Of a stretch of 64,000 bases of DNA, positions 51,161 to 64,000 are shown piece by piece. Made by a program: the position numbers and the translations under genes. The notes below the pieces were generated by a model, which saw nothing but the letters and a program-made list of their open reading frames with translations, did no database searches and was not told the DNA's origin. How positions within the stretch are numbered: the first letter of the stretch is position 1; each line of letters starts with the position of its first letter. Source of the DNA: Octopus sinensis. Its lineage: Eukaryota. The stretch is taken from the NCBI RefSeq assembly GCF_006345805.1, contig NC_043016.1, positions 10,044,001 through 10,108,000 on the forward strand, given 5' to 3'.

Positions 51161-51745
51161 GGCACATAAAAAGCACCATCCGAACGTGGCCGTTGCCAGC
51201 GCCACCTCGACTGGCTTCTGTGCCGGTAGCACATAAAAAGCACCATCCGAACGTGGCCGATGCCAGCACCGCCTCGACTGGCTCCAGTGCCGGTGGCACA
51301 TAAAAAAGCACCATCCGAACGTGGCTGTTGCCAGCACCACCTCAACTGGCTTCTGTGCCTTTAGCACATAAAAAGCACCATCTGAACGTGGCCGATGCCA
51401 GCGCCGCCTCGACTGGCTCCAGTGTCGGTGGCACATAAAAAAACACCATCCGAACGTGGCCGTTGCCAGCGCCGCCTTGGCTGGCTTCCGTGCCAGTGAC
51501 ACGTTAAAAGCTCCAGCCGATCGTGGCTGATGCCAGACCCCCCCCTGGCACCTGTGCAGGTGGCACGTAAAAAGCACCCGCTACACTCGTGGAGTGGTTG
51601 GCGTTAGGAAGGGCATCCAGCTGTAGAAACTCTGCCAGATTAGAGTGGAGCCTGGTGCAGCCTCCTGGCTTCCCAGACCCCGGTCGAACCGTCCAACCCG
51701 TGCTAGCGCGGAAAACGGACGTTAAACGATGATGATGATGATGAT
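51161..51745 (+). mobile_element. SINE family K with an internal 67-68-bp repeat (about 6 copies, alternating A/B)
   Basis: Units alternate GTTGCC..CTTCTGTGCC and GATGCC..CTCCAGTG; (TGA)n tail at 51728-51748. Confidence 0.8.
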
Positions 51746-51746
51746 G

Positions 51747-51798
<52 letters not shown>

Positions 51799-52034
51799 CT
51801 GTGTGTGTAAGATGGGCTTCTTTCAGTTTCTGTCTAGCAAATCCTCTGACAAGGCTTTGGTCAGCCTGGGGCTGTAGTAGAAGACGTTTGCACAAGGTAC
51901 CACACGGTGGGACTGAACCCATAACCTAATGATTGGGAAGCAAACATCATTTACTAGATTTTTGTTGTTGTTGTTGTTGTTGTTTTGAAACTATTCAGCA
52001 TTTTTAACACTTCTCAGAAAGGTAAGAATGATGT

Positions 52035-52081
<47 letters not shown>

Positions 52082-52246
52082 ATGTATGTATGTATGCATA
52101 TGTATGTATGTATGTATGTATGTATGTGTGTGTGTGTATGTGTGTGTATGTATGTATGTATTTATGTATGTATGCATATGTATATATGTATGTATGTATG
52201 TATGTGTGTGTATGTGTGTGTGTGTATGTGTGTGTGTATGTGTGTG

Positions 52247-52287
<41 letters not shown>

Positions 52288-52829
52288 ATCGATGAAGTCT
52301 GAGAGGAGAAGAAATAAAAATCAAATGAATGTTTTAATGTGAGATTTGAGAAGTGATAAATCAAAATTCCGCTGTTGTAATTGAGATGGGATCAGACCAG
52401 ACCATCTCTCCCTTTCATTTCCATCCTCATCATCATCGTCATGTGTGTATGTGTGTGTATAGGAGCAAGAGAGAGAGAGATAGAGAGAGAGAGAAAGAGA
52501 AAGAGAGAGACTATGTGTGTGTGTGTGTAAAACTCTCTTCCGCCTCTCTTCCTCCTCTCTCTTCCCCTCCTACCCCTCTCTTCTCATCCTCCCCTCTTCC
52601 CCCTCCTCTCTCTTTCCCTCCTCCTCTCTCTTCCCATCATACTCTCCCCATCTCCCCTTCTCTTCCCCTCTCTCTGTCTTTGTTAAAGAAACAACTCTGT
52701 GATTGTCTGTGTTTGTGTGTGTGTGTGTGTGTGTATGTAAAACTGAGTGTGTGTGAGACTGTGATTGTGTGTGTTTGTGTTTGTGTGTGTGTGTGTGAGA
52801 GAGTCTGTATATGAGATTGTATGTGTGAC

Positions 52830-52865
<36 letters not shown>

Positions 52866-52963
52866 TGTATGTGAAATTGTGTGTATGAGACTGTGTGTGT
52901 GTATGTGAAACTGTGTGTATGTGTGAGAGAGAGAGTCTGTATATGAGATTGTATGTGTGATTC

Positions 52964-53003
<40 letters not shown>

Positions 53004-54376
53004 TGAGAGAGAGAGAGAGAGAGAGACTGTGTATGTGAAGTTGTGTGTATGAGACTGTGTGTGTGTGTGTGATTGTATGTTTGTGAGATTCTGTGTGTGT
53101 GTATGTGTATGTGAAATTTGTGTGTGTGTATGTGTGTGAGTTTATGTGTGTATGTGTGCATGTGTCTGTGTTTCCACAGTTAGAAATTTTGGCAATTCAT
53201 TTTGGGAATTTTATGTTAGTAGAAAATTATTTCCAGACTGCTTATCTGAGGGCAAGTAATTAGTAAAAACTTGCACTTTGATTAATGAATACCACAGATC
53301 AAACCTGTATTTTATGGTTAAAATCAAAGTTAAAAAGAAACAGAAAAAAAGGTGGGGGGGGGGAAATTACTTTTAGGTTTAAGTTTAAACATGAAAGAAA
53401 ATATTAAGACCAGATTTTTAGGTCCAAGCAATAAAATGTGACGCTAATCCATCCAGAAAGAAACTGTTATGTAAAACAAGGAAATGTCACGTAAATCAAA
53501 TCAGCCTTGTGATAGTACCACTGCGGTTGTGACCATCTTGTCAGTTCCTATAACCAATCGTCACTTCTTTTCCGAGCAAGGTAATATTTTTCACCATGGT
53601 CAGTCAGGCATGTTTTTAATGGAAGACTGGAGACTGGAAGTGAAGAACATAGCATGTGGGATGGAGCTGCTCATTAACAACCATTTTAATGATGCCAAGA
53701 CAAAGATACACACTAATAAACTGACGTGCATGCACATGCACACACACACGCATTCATATACATACATATGCACATACATATACAAATATATATATGTATA
53801 TTTAGTAATATACATACATATACATATACATATATATATATATCATCATCATCATCGTTTAACGTCCGCTTTCCATGCTAGCATGGGTTGGATGATTTTG
53901 ACTGAGGACTGGCGAACCAGTTGGCTGCACCAGGCTCCAATCTGATCTGGCAGAGCTTCTACAGCTGGATGCCCTTCATAATGCCAACCATTCCGAGAGT
54001 GTAGTGGGTGCTTTTACGAGCCAGCGGCACGAGAGCCAGTCAGGCGGTACTGGCAACAGCCATGCTCAAATGGTGTTTTTTATGTGCCACCTGCACAGGA
54101 GTCAGTCCAGCGGCACTGGCAATGACCTCGCTTGAATGTTTTGTTCACGTGCCACCGGCTGAAGTGCCAGTAAGATGATGCTGGTAACTATGGGTATTTA
54201 TAGGTGATTTGTATCAAGCCGGGTAATCACGCTATACATAGTTTTAATTTTAAATTATCCTTTATTATTATTTTCAAATTTATCTATAATGGGAGGTTTA
54301 TATAATTTGTTATATAATTTTAGTAATATTTAATTAATATATTTATTTTATTTAAATTATTACATTATTATTTTTT

Positions 54377-54790
54377 TTATTTATATAGTCTTTTCAACTG
54401 CTTCAGAAATAAATCCCTGGTCTTATCACATTTCACTATAACTCCATCCTGGTTCTTTAATATTTCTATTTTTCCAGCTAAGTTGCTGAGGTGCTTGTTG
54501 TGTCTATTAGGGTATTTTTTGAATTTGATATTTTTCACCATATTCAATATTTTCTCCTCAAAGTCCTGTATACTTCTATTATTGAGAGGTTCCTGCTTAG
54601 ATTTGAAGTTTCTCTTTATATAGTCTATATCTTCCATGTTAGTATTATTCTTATTTGGATTGTTGTTATTGTAGCAGTGAGCCTTCCATTTCATTTTATT
54701 TATAAAGTTTTTTTAGCTGGTTAATTAGGCCCTGTATATATTCTTTCCTGCTGGGAATTAGGAATATCCTTCAAAGATGAATTCCACTCT
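54377..54790 (-). pseudogene. Penelope-like element N-terminal (pre-RT) region
   Basis: SLKxIP.PSRKEYIQGLINQL.(frameshift).INKMKWKAHCY...FKSKQEP...DFEEKILNMVKNIKFK...VIVKCDKTRDLF, matching the PLE pattern RMRWKA..GFKS..P..FE..L..M..NIKF...ADKT. Confidence 0.75.
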
Positions 54791-55317
54791 ATCATCTCAA
54801 TCCTACCTGAAAGATCCATTTCTGACATATATAAGAAGCCCTAGTGGTAGAACCAGTTGTATGATTAAGATAAATAATTTGGGAAAACAAATTTCCAAAT
54901 CAATCAGGCGCAACCCTTCAGCATTATATGCATCTGCATATCATACCTTGGGATCTTATTTATCATATATTTATATATTTATCTATAAATATACAAAGTA
55001 TCTGATAAAAGTCAATACTAATTCAATTTTTGGGGATTAATAGTTATGCGGGTATTCTATTTCAGATAATACAAAAAATGACCTAATGAGTATATCTTAC
55101 AGTAATCTCATGGTATCGGTTTGCACATCACGAAATTATACTTTAAAGGATATAACCAAAATTTCCAGCAGGGTATATATTATACTTCATTAATTAAATC
55201 CTACTTTAGTTAATACTTATATTTATTAAATATGAAGGAACTACATGTGTTTCAAGTATTGGAAAATTACAATATATTTACATATATACAACTGTATGCA
55301 CACACACACACACACGC

Positions 55318-55377
<60 letters not shown>

Positions 55378-56981
55378 AAACACACACACGCACACTCACA
55401 CACACACACACACGCACACGCACACACACACACACATGCACATACACACACACATATAAATACATATATGGAAATGTCAGATTTACAATTATTCCAACAC
55501 AAGGCTTTGGCCAGATGGTCAGCCTGGGACTACAGCACTACAGTAGGAGACATTTGTCCAAGTTGCTGTGCAGTGGGACTGAACCTTAGCACATGGTTGG
55601 GAAGCATGATTGCCAACTGCATAGCCATGCTTGTACTTACTATTTACCAATGGACATAAGCATGGCTGAATGGTTCAAGATGTTTGCTTCAGAACCAAGA
55701 AGTTCCAGGTTCGATCTCATCACATGGCATCTTGGGCAAGTGTCTTTACCGTAAATTATTTTTCTATCCAAACATTGTGAGAGAAAGTGAGTTGATAGAA
55801 ATTGTGTGGAAGGCGGTAAGCTGGCAGAATCGTTAGCACACCGGGTGAAATGCTTAGCGGTATTTCGTTTGTCTTTACGTGTTGGTTTCAAATTTCACCG
55901 AGGTCGACTTTGTCTTTCATCCTTTTGGGGTTGATAAATAAAGTACCAGTTACGCACTGGGGTTGATGTAATCAACTTAATCCCTTTGTCTGTCCTTGTT
56001 TGTCCCCTCTATGTTTAGCCCCTTGTGGGCAATAAAGAAATAAGAAACTGTGTGGAAGCCGGTCTGATAGGTCGAGCCCATAGTTTCAAACCTTGTCCAT
56101 ATTGTCCAACCTTGTCATACATTGTGTTTTACAGATTCAGTATCAGAATTACTTTAAGGGTACACATGTACGTGGAATACTCAGCCACTTGCGCATTCAT
56201 TTAAGGAGTCGAATTTTTAGTTGATTAAATATTCTCACCTGAGGTTCTTGTGACACAGGTGATACACTGCCATCACATCATATCATCTACAGCATCATAT
56301 CTTGCTGTTGTCTCCCCTTATTTGAGTCATTGCTGCTCTGTCGCCTCTTCTACCCTTTTTCAAATGAATTGTAGTATACCCGAATGTTGTATTCAATAAG
56401 CTCATTATTATAGTGGTGATTGTGGAGGTGCAATGGCTCATTGGTTGGGGCAGTGGACTTTTAGTCGTGGGATTGCAGTTTCGATTCCCAGACCGGTTTT
56501 TGTGAGTGTTTATTGAACGAAAATACCTAAAACTCCATGAGGCTCCACCGTACATTGATATCACACACACAGACACACACAGCCCTATCATTCATTTGCA
56601 TATACACACACTTTCATTCAGCCCTTTCATTAATTTGCATATACACACACTTTCTGTTTAAAAACAGAATCCGTTAAAAAATATAGAGCAAAAGAACGAG
56701 AATATTTTTACATATATTAAACTTCTTTCAAAATAACACATTTTTTCCCCATTACACTTTATTTTTATTTAAAGAAAGCTGATTGACTTTATTCAATATA
56801 ATTACTGGTAGTCAATATGGTTGAAAGGTAAACCTGACTTTTATCAACATCAATCAAAACAGACATGGTTGTCAGCGGATTAGTGTTAATTAATACAAAG
56901 GAAGTTAACGATCTTCTTACGGTGTGAGGCAGGATTAGAAATTTTGAATTTCAAGCCAAGGAATAAAAAGAGTCGACATAT

Positions 56982-56982
<1 letters not shown>

Positions 56983-57018
<36 letters not shown>

Positions 57019-57140
57019 CCATCTTCATCGTCATCATCATCAACACCATCATCATCATTATCATCATCATCATCACCATCTTCATCGTCATCATCATCAT
57101 CACCATCATCATCATTATCATCATCACCATCATCATCGTC

Positions 57141-57172
<32 letters not shown>

Positions 57173-57360
57173 CATCATCACCATCTTCATCGTCATCATC
57201 ATCATCATCATCATCGTCATCATCATCATCACCATCTTCATCGTCATCGTCATCATCATCATCATCATCATCGTCATCATCATCATCATCATTGTCGCCG
57301 TCGTCATCATCATCATCATTGTCGTCGTCATCATCATCATCATCATCATCATCATCGTCA
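56983..57360. repeat. Long imperfect (CAT)n
   Basis: Direct inspection. Confidence 0.95.
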
Positions 57361-58065
57361 TTTAGTGTCCGCTTTCCATGCTGGCATTGGATACATCTTA
57401 TTCTTGTTTATTATGGCAGTTTGGTTCCAAAATATACATGGTGATAAATGAATGTCTTCAAACATTTTGTAAATGGAATGAATAGCAGATTTATTGACAC
57501 CAAACTTCATGCTTTACAGCAGCAAAGCTTTCATTATGATATTCTGTTGGCCATCTCTGCATTTTCCCTCCATAAAAAATATACTCATCTGCATTAATTG
57601 ATAGCATCAGGTACCTTGTTCTGTTTTTCTGTTCATTGGTCCCATGTTGCTGTGTATGATTATGTAAATACATTAAAAGGAAAACAAAAAAAAAATTATG
57701 CATCCTCATAGCACACTGATGTAAAGACAAGTGATGGGCAACGGTCAGTGCATTGTGGGTAGTTGAGCATTGTGGCTGGTGGCCGGGGCATGCTTTTGTG
57801 ATTCAAGCAGAATCTTCAACTGGTTGCTAACCTCTGTTATCACAAGTCAGTTCATGACAAGTGTAACATGATTCACAATTGAGCACACCATGTTATCATG
57901 GATCAGTGATGAATGAATCAGTGATGAACAAGGTGACATGTATAAAGAGATGGGATGATCATAACAAGAATGTCTATAATCAGAAGCCTGTGCAACCAGG
58001 ACTAACCTGGGGCTAAATAACAACAACAACAACAACAACTATACAGTCACATTGACCAGTTTCTA

Positions 58066-58363
58066 TTGGGTTGTCCGGAAAGTTCATGCCGATTTATAGT
58101 AGCTTACCTTTCGATTTATTTTAGAACATGGTTGAGTCCATGAAATAAGATTTGACTACACCTCCATTTAGAGCACAGTTTAAGCTATCTTTTCGTGGAA
58201 GAAGATTTATGTTCCTATAACCTGTGTTAATTCTGTAACCCTTTAAAATGGAAGATAAGAAAGTTCATTTTTGGCACTTGATGCTTTGGGAACCAGACAA
58301 AAATTGCTGCAGCTTGGCTGGGATGTGTTACCCCACCCTGCATATTCACCAGATATTGCTCCC
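58066..58363 (+). mobile_element. Internally deleted mariner, left end only
   Basis: TA|TTGGGTTGTCCGGAAAGTTCATGCCGATTT TIR; MEDKKVHFWHLML fused directly to TRQKLLQLGWDVLPHPAYSPDIAP. Confidence 0.8.
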
Positions 58364-58561
58364 ACAAGCCAATTGTATGTGTGTGTTTGTGTTTGTTCCC
58401 CACCACCACTTGACACAATTGGTGTTGGTGTGTTTATATCCCCATAACTTAGCAATTTGGCAAAAGGTATCAACAGAATGAGTACCAGGCTTAAAAAAAA
58501 GAAAAAAGAAACTTACTGGGGTTGATTTATTTGACTGAAATTCCTCAAGGCATTGCTCCAG

Positions 58562-59262
58562 CATGGCCACAGTGCAATGACTGATACAAGTAAAAGATAA
58601 AAGATATACTGGGATTGATTAGTTCAACTAAAACCCTTCAAGGTGGTGCCCCAGCATGGCCACAGTCCAATGAGTGAAACAAGTAAAAGATAAAAGATAT
58701 ACTGGGATTGATTTGTTCAACTAAAACCCTTCAAGGTGGTGCCCCAGCATGGCCACAGCCCAAAAACTGAAACAAGTAAAAGATAAAAGATATACTGGGA
58801 TTGATTTGTTCAACTAAAACCCTTCAAGGTGGTGCCCCAGCATGGCCACAGTCCAATGACTGAAACAAGTAAAAGATAAAAGATATACTGGGATTGATTT
58901 GTTCAACTAAAACCCTTCAAGGTGGTGCCCCAGCATGGCCACAGTCTAATGACTGAAACAAGTAAAAGATAAAAGATATACTGGGATTGATTTGTTCAAC
59001 TAAAACCCTTCAAGGTGGTGCCCCAGCATGGCCACAGTCCAATGACTGAAACAAGTAAAAGATAAAAAATATACTGGGATTGATTTGTTCAAGTAAAACC
59101 CTTCAAGGTGGTGCCCCAGCATGGCCACAGTCTAATGACTGAAACAAGTAAAAGATAAAAGATATACTGGGATTGATTTGTTCAACTAAAACCCTTCGAG
59201 GTGGTGCTCCAGCATGGCCACAGTCCAATGACTGAAACAAGTAAAAGATTAAAAGATAAAAG
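58562..59262 (+). repeat. 93-bp SINE-tail array (8 anchors, 7 full periods) attached to a SINE body at 58380-58560
   Basis: CATGG anchors at 58562, 58655, 58748, 58841, 58934, 59027, 59120 and 59213; same unit as 19142-21062. Confidence 0.95.
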
Positions 59263-59373
59263 AAAAGACATCTATTTCATGCTCCTATAGGTTTAACTAT
59301 TTATTTATTCTGATGTTATTCATTCTGAGTGGTGGCACCGTTCTTGGAATGATGCAATAATATTTTATTACGT

Positions 59374-59411
<38 letters not shown>

Positions 59412-60472
59412 ATCTAACCATCCTCTGATCGACATTACAATGTGCTACGATGCTTATGAATACCAATTCATCCATCCTCAGAATGATATTAATTTTAATA
59501 ACACTTGCATATCATTTCTATCACCCTTCTGTCATCTTTGCAATGATATCATGCTTTGTAATGCTCATATATTAATTCAAATGTCATCAGAATGTTAGAA
59601 TATTGTAACAAGAAGGCAGTGAGCTAGCAGAAACATTAGCATGCCTGGTGAAATGCTTAGCAGTGTTTTGTCTGTCCTTATGTTCTAAGTTCAAGTTTTT
59701 CCGAAGTCGGCTTTGCCTTTCATCCTTTCGGGGTCAATAAATTAAGTACCAGTTACGCACTGGGGTTGATGTAATCGACTTAATCTGTTTGTCTGTCCTT
59801 GTTTGTCCCCTCTGTGTGTAGCCCCTTGTGGGTAGTAAAGAAATAGGTATTGTATCTGTCTTTATGTTCTGAGTTCAAATTCTTCCGAGATTGAGTTTGC
59901 CTTTCATCCTTTCGGGGTCAATAAATTAAGTACCAGTTGCATACTGGGATTAACCTAATCAACTGACCACCTCCCCTAAAAAATTTGGGCCTTGTACCTA
60001 GAATAGAAACGAATAATGTAACAAGGATTTTCAAATACTTGTTTTTTTCTATCTTTTCTGTTTTAAATAATTTTACCTGTACCAGTCATTAGACTGCGGT
60101 CCACGCTAGGGCACCACCTTGAAGAATTTTTATTTGAATTAATCTATTCCCTGTACTTATGTTTTCTTTTTTTCCTTAAGCCTGGTATGTATTCTATCAG
60201 TCTCTTTTGCTGAACTGCTAAGTTACGAGGACATAAATCATTTAACACCAACCTTCAAGCAGTAGTGCTGGACAAACAGGCATGAAGACACACACATTCA
60301 TGCATGCACACACACACACAGTGGGCTCCTTTCAGTCTCCATCTGCCAAACCCACTCACAAGACTTTGGTTGGCCTGAAACTATAGTAGAAGACACTTCC
60401 CCAAAATACCACTCGGTGGGACTGAACTCGGAGCCATATGATTGGGAAGTAAAATTTTTTTACCACACAACC

Positions 60473-60541
60473 ACACCTCGAACGCACATTGCGTCCCCGG
60501 GATCCTATTGTCCCGGGGCCCCGTCCGGTCGAGAGGCGGTC
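60473..60541 (+). rRNA. 5.8S rRNA 3' part (dispersed fragment)
   Basis: TCGAACGCACATTGCG-TCCCCGGGA..TCCCGGGG-CCCCGTCCGGTCGAGAGGCGG resembles the conserved 5.8S 3' half (GAACGCACATTGCG, GC-rich CCCCGGG/CCCGGGG hairpin, G.C..TC.GAG.G.CG). Confidence 0.8.
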
Positions 60542-60780
60542 ATGACACACGAAAACGCAGTCCGCCGCGGCCGTTGGCTGCGGCGGGGAGTCAGGAGTCG
60601 CAGGAAAGGGCGGCGCTCGCCGCGAGGCCCGCTTTATCTCGCGCGCGAACCGCCACCGCTCGATCGTCCGTCTCCCGTAATGCCAGACCGTCATCGTTGC
60701 GAAGCGCTGTTGCGGAGGAGGGAGCCCGCCGACGAGCGGAAGCAGAGGAGTGGGATCAGTAGCAGGAACGACAACGACAC
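60542..60780 (+). other. ITS2-like GC/CpG-rich sequence
   Basis: Directly follows the 5.8S-like part; roughly two-thirds G+C in an AT-rich context; hairpin CCGCCGCGGCC-gtt-GGCTGCGGCGG. Confidence 0.65.
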
Positions 60781-60828
60781 ACTTATTGATTTACCCAAAC
60801 TCAATAATTCTCATAAAATTATCTTTCC

Positions 60829-61310
60829 TTAACCCTTTCGTTACTGTATTTCTGTTGAGATGTTTTGTGCTTTTTTCAATTATTTTTAAATATAATAAAG
60901 AATTTAGTAAAATAACTTAGTTATCATTAAGCTAGTGTCAGGAACATAAATTGTGACTAAGGTTTGGTGGAAGATTTTAATTCAAAACTTATGGAAACAA
61001 GACATTTATACTACAGAGCCAGAGGTGGTTTCAGGCAGATTGGTAATGAAAGGGTTAAGAATTGTTTCTCTATTATATATTTTAACCCTTTCGTGACCAT
61101 ATTTCTGTTGAGATGCTCTGTGTTTCTTTCAATTAATTTTAAATATAACAAAGAATTTAGTAAAATAACTTAGTTATCATTAAGTTAGTTTTAGGAACAT
61201 AAATTGTGACTAAGGTTTGGTGGAAGGTTTTAATTCAAAACTTATGGAAACAAGACATTTGTACTACAGAGTCAGAGCCAGTTTCAGGCTGGTAGGTAAT
61301 GAAAGGTTAA
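60829..61310. repeat. Dimer of the same piggyBac-type MITE with the same 23-bp spacer
   Basis: TTAA at 60829, 61055, 61082 and 61307; spacer 61059-61081 GAATTGTTTCTCTATTATATATT. Confidence 0.9.
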
Positions 61311-62567
61311 AATTGTTTTTTCTTTTCTCATGTTCACTTCTTTTTAGATGTTAAAACAATGAATAAAAGGAAATTAATGATGTAAAACCTTCAATGTTAA
61401 CTGAAATTTTTACAGTGCTTAGCCATTGCTGGACTGCAAGCCAATGGTGGATTAACTGACTGAAACTTTGAAGTTACTGTCTCTCTATTTTACTCTCTTT
61501 TACTTGTTTCAGTCATTTGACTACAGCCATGCTGGAGCACCGCCTTTAGTCGAGCAAATCGACCCCAGGACTTATTCTTTGAGAGCCTAGTTGTGGCAAA
61601 AGAGTCAGCAGAAGTTTGCCATTACCTTCTGCCAGAGCCACGTGGAGCTTAGGTGTTTTGCTCATAAACACACACATTGCCTGGTCTGAGATCTGAACCT
61701 GTGATTCTTCGATCACAAGTCCATTACACTAACTACTAGGCCATGTGCCTCCTTATTCATGTATAAGTGCTATTATTTTACATTTGAAAAAAATCTGTTG
61801 AGTGACTGATATATGGAGCAATGCTTAAACTATGACAGGAAAACAATTTAGTAGCATGTAAAAAGCACTATCTGAACGTGGCTGATATCAGGACTGCCTC
61901 CGGTGATATGTAAAAAAGCACTATCTGAATGTGGCTGATGCCAGTACCTCCTGACTAGCTTCCGTGCCAGTGGCATGTAAAAAGCACTATTCAAACAGGA
62001 TTAATGCCAGGACTGCCTCCAGTAGCACGTAAAAAGCACCATCCAGATGTGGCTGATGTCCATACTCCTGGCTCCCATGCTGGTGGCACATAAAAGGCAC
62101 CGTCCGAACGTGATTGATACCAGTGCCCCCGACCAGTTCCCGTGCTGGTGACATATAAAAAGCACTATCAGAACATGTTCGATGCCAGGCCATCCTGACT
62201 GGCTCCTGTACTGGTGGCACGTAATAAGCCCCCCACTACACTCTCGGAGTGGTTGGTGTTAGGAAGGGCATCCAGCTGTAGAAACCTTGCCAGATCAGAT
62301 TGGAGCCTGGTGCAGCCACTGACCCTCCAGATCTCAGTCAAACTGTCCAACCCATGCCAGCATGGAAAGCAGACATTAAACGATGATGATGATGATGATG
62401 GTGATTTAGCACTAAATTTGTTGGGTAAGAAATGCATGAGTAAACATGGCAACTGTACCTGGTAAATGGTGGAAAACGTACATACACATTGTCGTATTTA
62501 ACTTAGTCAATAGGATATTGTGTACAGAAAATGTTCCAATTTGTGTAGGGAAAGTGTGTTGTTGATT

Positions 62568-62602
<35 letters not shown>

Positions 62603-63748
62603 TCAGATAGTGATCACCAATGATGAAGAGGAAAAAAGCAGTTAGCTGCATATTTTAAAATCATTTGAAATTATTCTGACAAAGCTCAACCAAATTAAGA
62701 AAAAAAAGACAAAAGCCTCTAGCTGAATGAGAGAGAGAGAGAGAGAGAGTGTGTGTATGAGAGAGAGAGGGAGAAAGAGAGAGATAGTGTGTGTGTGAGA
62801 GAGAAAGGGAGAGAGAGAGTGTATGTGCGTGTGAGAGAGAGAGAATGTGTGTGTGAGAGAGAGAGTGTGTGTGTATGTCTGTGAGAGAGAGAGAAAGAGT
62901 GTGCGTGAGAGAGAAAGTGTGTGTGTATGAGAGAGAGAGATAGAGTGTATGTGTGTGAGAGAGAGAGAGAGAGAGTGTGTGTGTGAGAGAGAGAGTGTGT
63001 GTATGTGTGTGAGAGAGAGAAAGAGTGTGTGCGTGAGAGAGAGAGAGCGAGAGAAAGTGTGTGTATAAGAGAGAGAGAGAGTGAGTGTGTGTGTGTGTGT
63101 GAAAGAAAGAGAGAAAGGTAGCGAGAGAAAGTGAGAGCTTAACCTAGCTTGTTGGTGGCAGTTCTCAAAGTAGGCGGTACCATCCCCCCCCACCCTGGAT
63201 CTTTTGACTGCCCACTCTGGGAATCACAGCACTACTGTCTAATCTGCTCTTAGCTGGCATCAACAAGCATGGCTAAAACTCTCCCTCTCTCTCCCATGCT
63301 CTCTCTAAGAAAAAGGAAAAGAAGAAGAAGAAAAAGAAGAAGAAGAAGAAGAAGGAGGAGGAGGAGGAGGAGGAGAAGAAGAAGAAGACGAAGAAGATGA
63401 TGAAGAAGAAGAATAAGAAGAATGAGGCAATAATGGGATGGCCAAAAGTGGGGGTGATGGAGAGCAATGTGCCACCCCTCTGCTTTTCAGTGGTACACTC
63501 AAGTTCAGGAAATAGAGTTTAAAAATCGATTTGAAAAAAAATATTGTTTTAAGAAAACTAATTTCAAGCAAGAATAGAGAACAAAAATAAAATAAAATAA
63601 AAAAAGACGCAAAAGTTTACTAATGAAGCTGGTCATTAAATTCTCAAGAGAATTCCTAGAAAGATGGAGACATATGACACTGAATGAAAACAACAACAAC
63701 AACAACAATGATGACAACAACAGCAGCAATAACAAAATGTGAAAAAAT

Positions 63749-63779
<31 letters not shown>

Positions 63780-63781
63780 TG

Positions 63782-63839
<58 letters not shown>

Positions 63840-63864
63840 GTAAATAATATATATATATATGCAT

Positions 63865-64000
63865 ATCTCAGGAGAAATAAACACTGGAAATGTGCAGAGA
63901 CCAACTTCTACCACGTTCCAGGGAGACAAACTAGAAGTAGTTGATAGCTTCCGCTACCTAGGAGACCAAGTCAGTAGCGGGGGTGGGTGTGCTGAAAGTG
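63865..64000 (+). pseudogene. RTE-type LINE fragment (runs off the window)
   Basis: FQGDKLEVVDSFRYLGDQVSSGGGCAES matches the post-YADD RTE motif LEVVxxFxYLG. Confidence 0.8.

Noticed and set aside
57415-57450. VWFQN homeodomain-like peptide
   Set aside because: Followed by IHGDK* rather than RR; no upstream helix and no proper acceptor phase
57490-57640. Minus-strand INADEYIFYGGKMQR..FAAVK, faintly Tigger/pogo-like
   Set aside because: Too short and diverged; no TIRs identified
60356-60832. GC-rich ORFs 60416-60832, 60442-60762 and 60356-60694
   Set aside because: Open because of high GC; better explained as 5.8S/ITS2 sequence

Overview
AT-rich, microsatellite-dense metazoan DNA, most likely octopus or a related coleoid cephalopod (inferred from the repeat families; not confirmed by search). 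I could not confidently identify any host protein-coding gene. Almost all ORFs in the supplied track are read-throughs of (TA)n, (CA)n, (CAT)n, (CCT)n and (ATCC)n repeats or of SINE sequence. The window is a dense, nested field of mobile elements: several tRNA-headed SINE families, decayed LINEs (R4/Dong-like, RTE, CR1, Tx1/L1), Penelope-like elements (PLEs), two mariners, hAT-, piggyBac- and foldback-type MITEs, and Helitron-like elements. There is one 100-N gap at 19042-19141. The most notable observations are: (1) four type I hammerhead-ribozyme motifs from at least three unrelated sequence families (2373+, 26945+, 42905-, 51013+), tied to PLE relics and microsatellite-anchored mini-elements; (2) repeated head-to-tail multiplication of retroelement 3' ends (a 93-bp SINE tail x21 and x8 at two loci sharing variants, a 140-bp RTE end x4 inside one TSD, a SINE trimer inside one TSD); (3) a piggyBac-type MITE arrayed x5 and x2 with the same 23-bp spacer at two loci; (4) a GC-rich 5.8S rRNA 3' end plus ITS2 fragment inserted at about 60.5 kb; (5) a TSD-flanked chimera of a retroelement tail and a tRNA-Leu 5' fragment; (6) long near-perfect palindromes next to PLE relics. 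SINE family labels A, B, C, D, E and K are mine, not database names.
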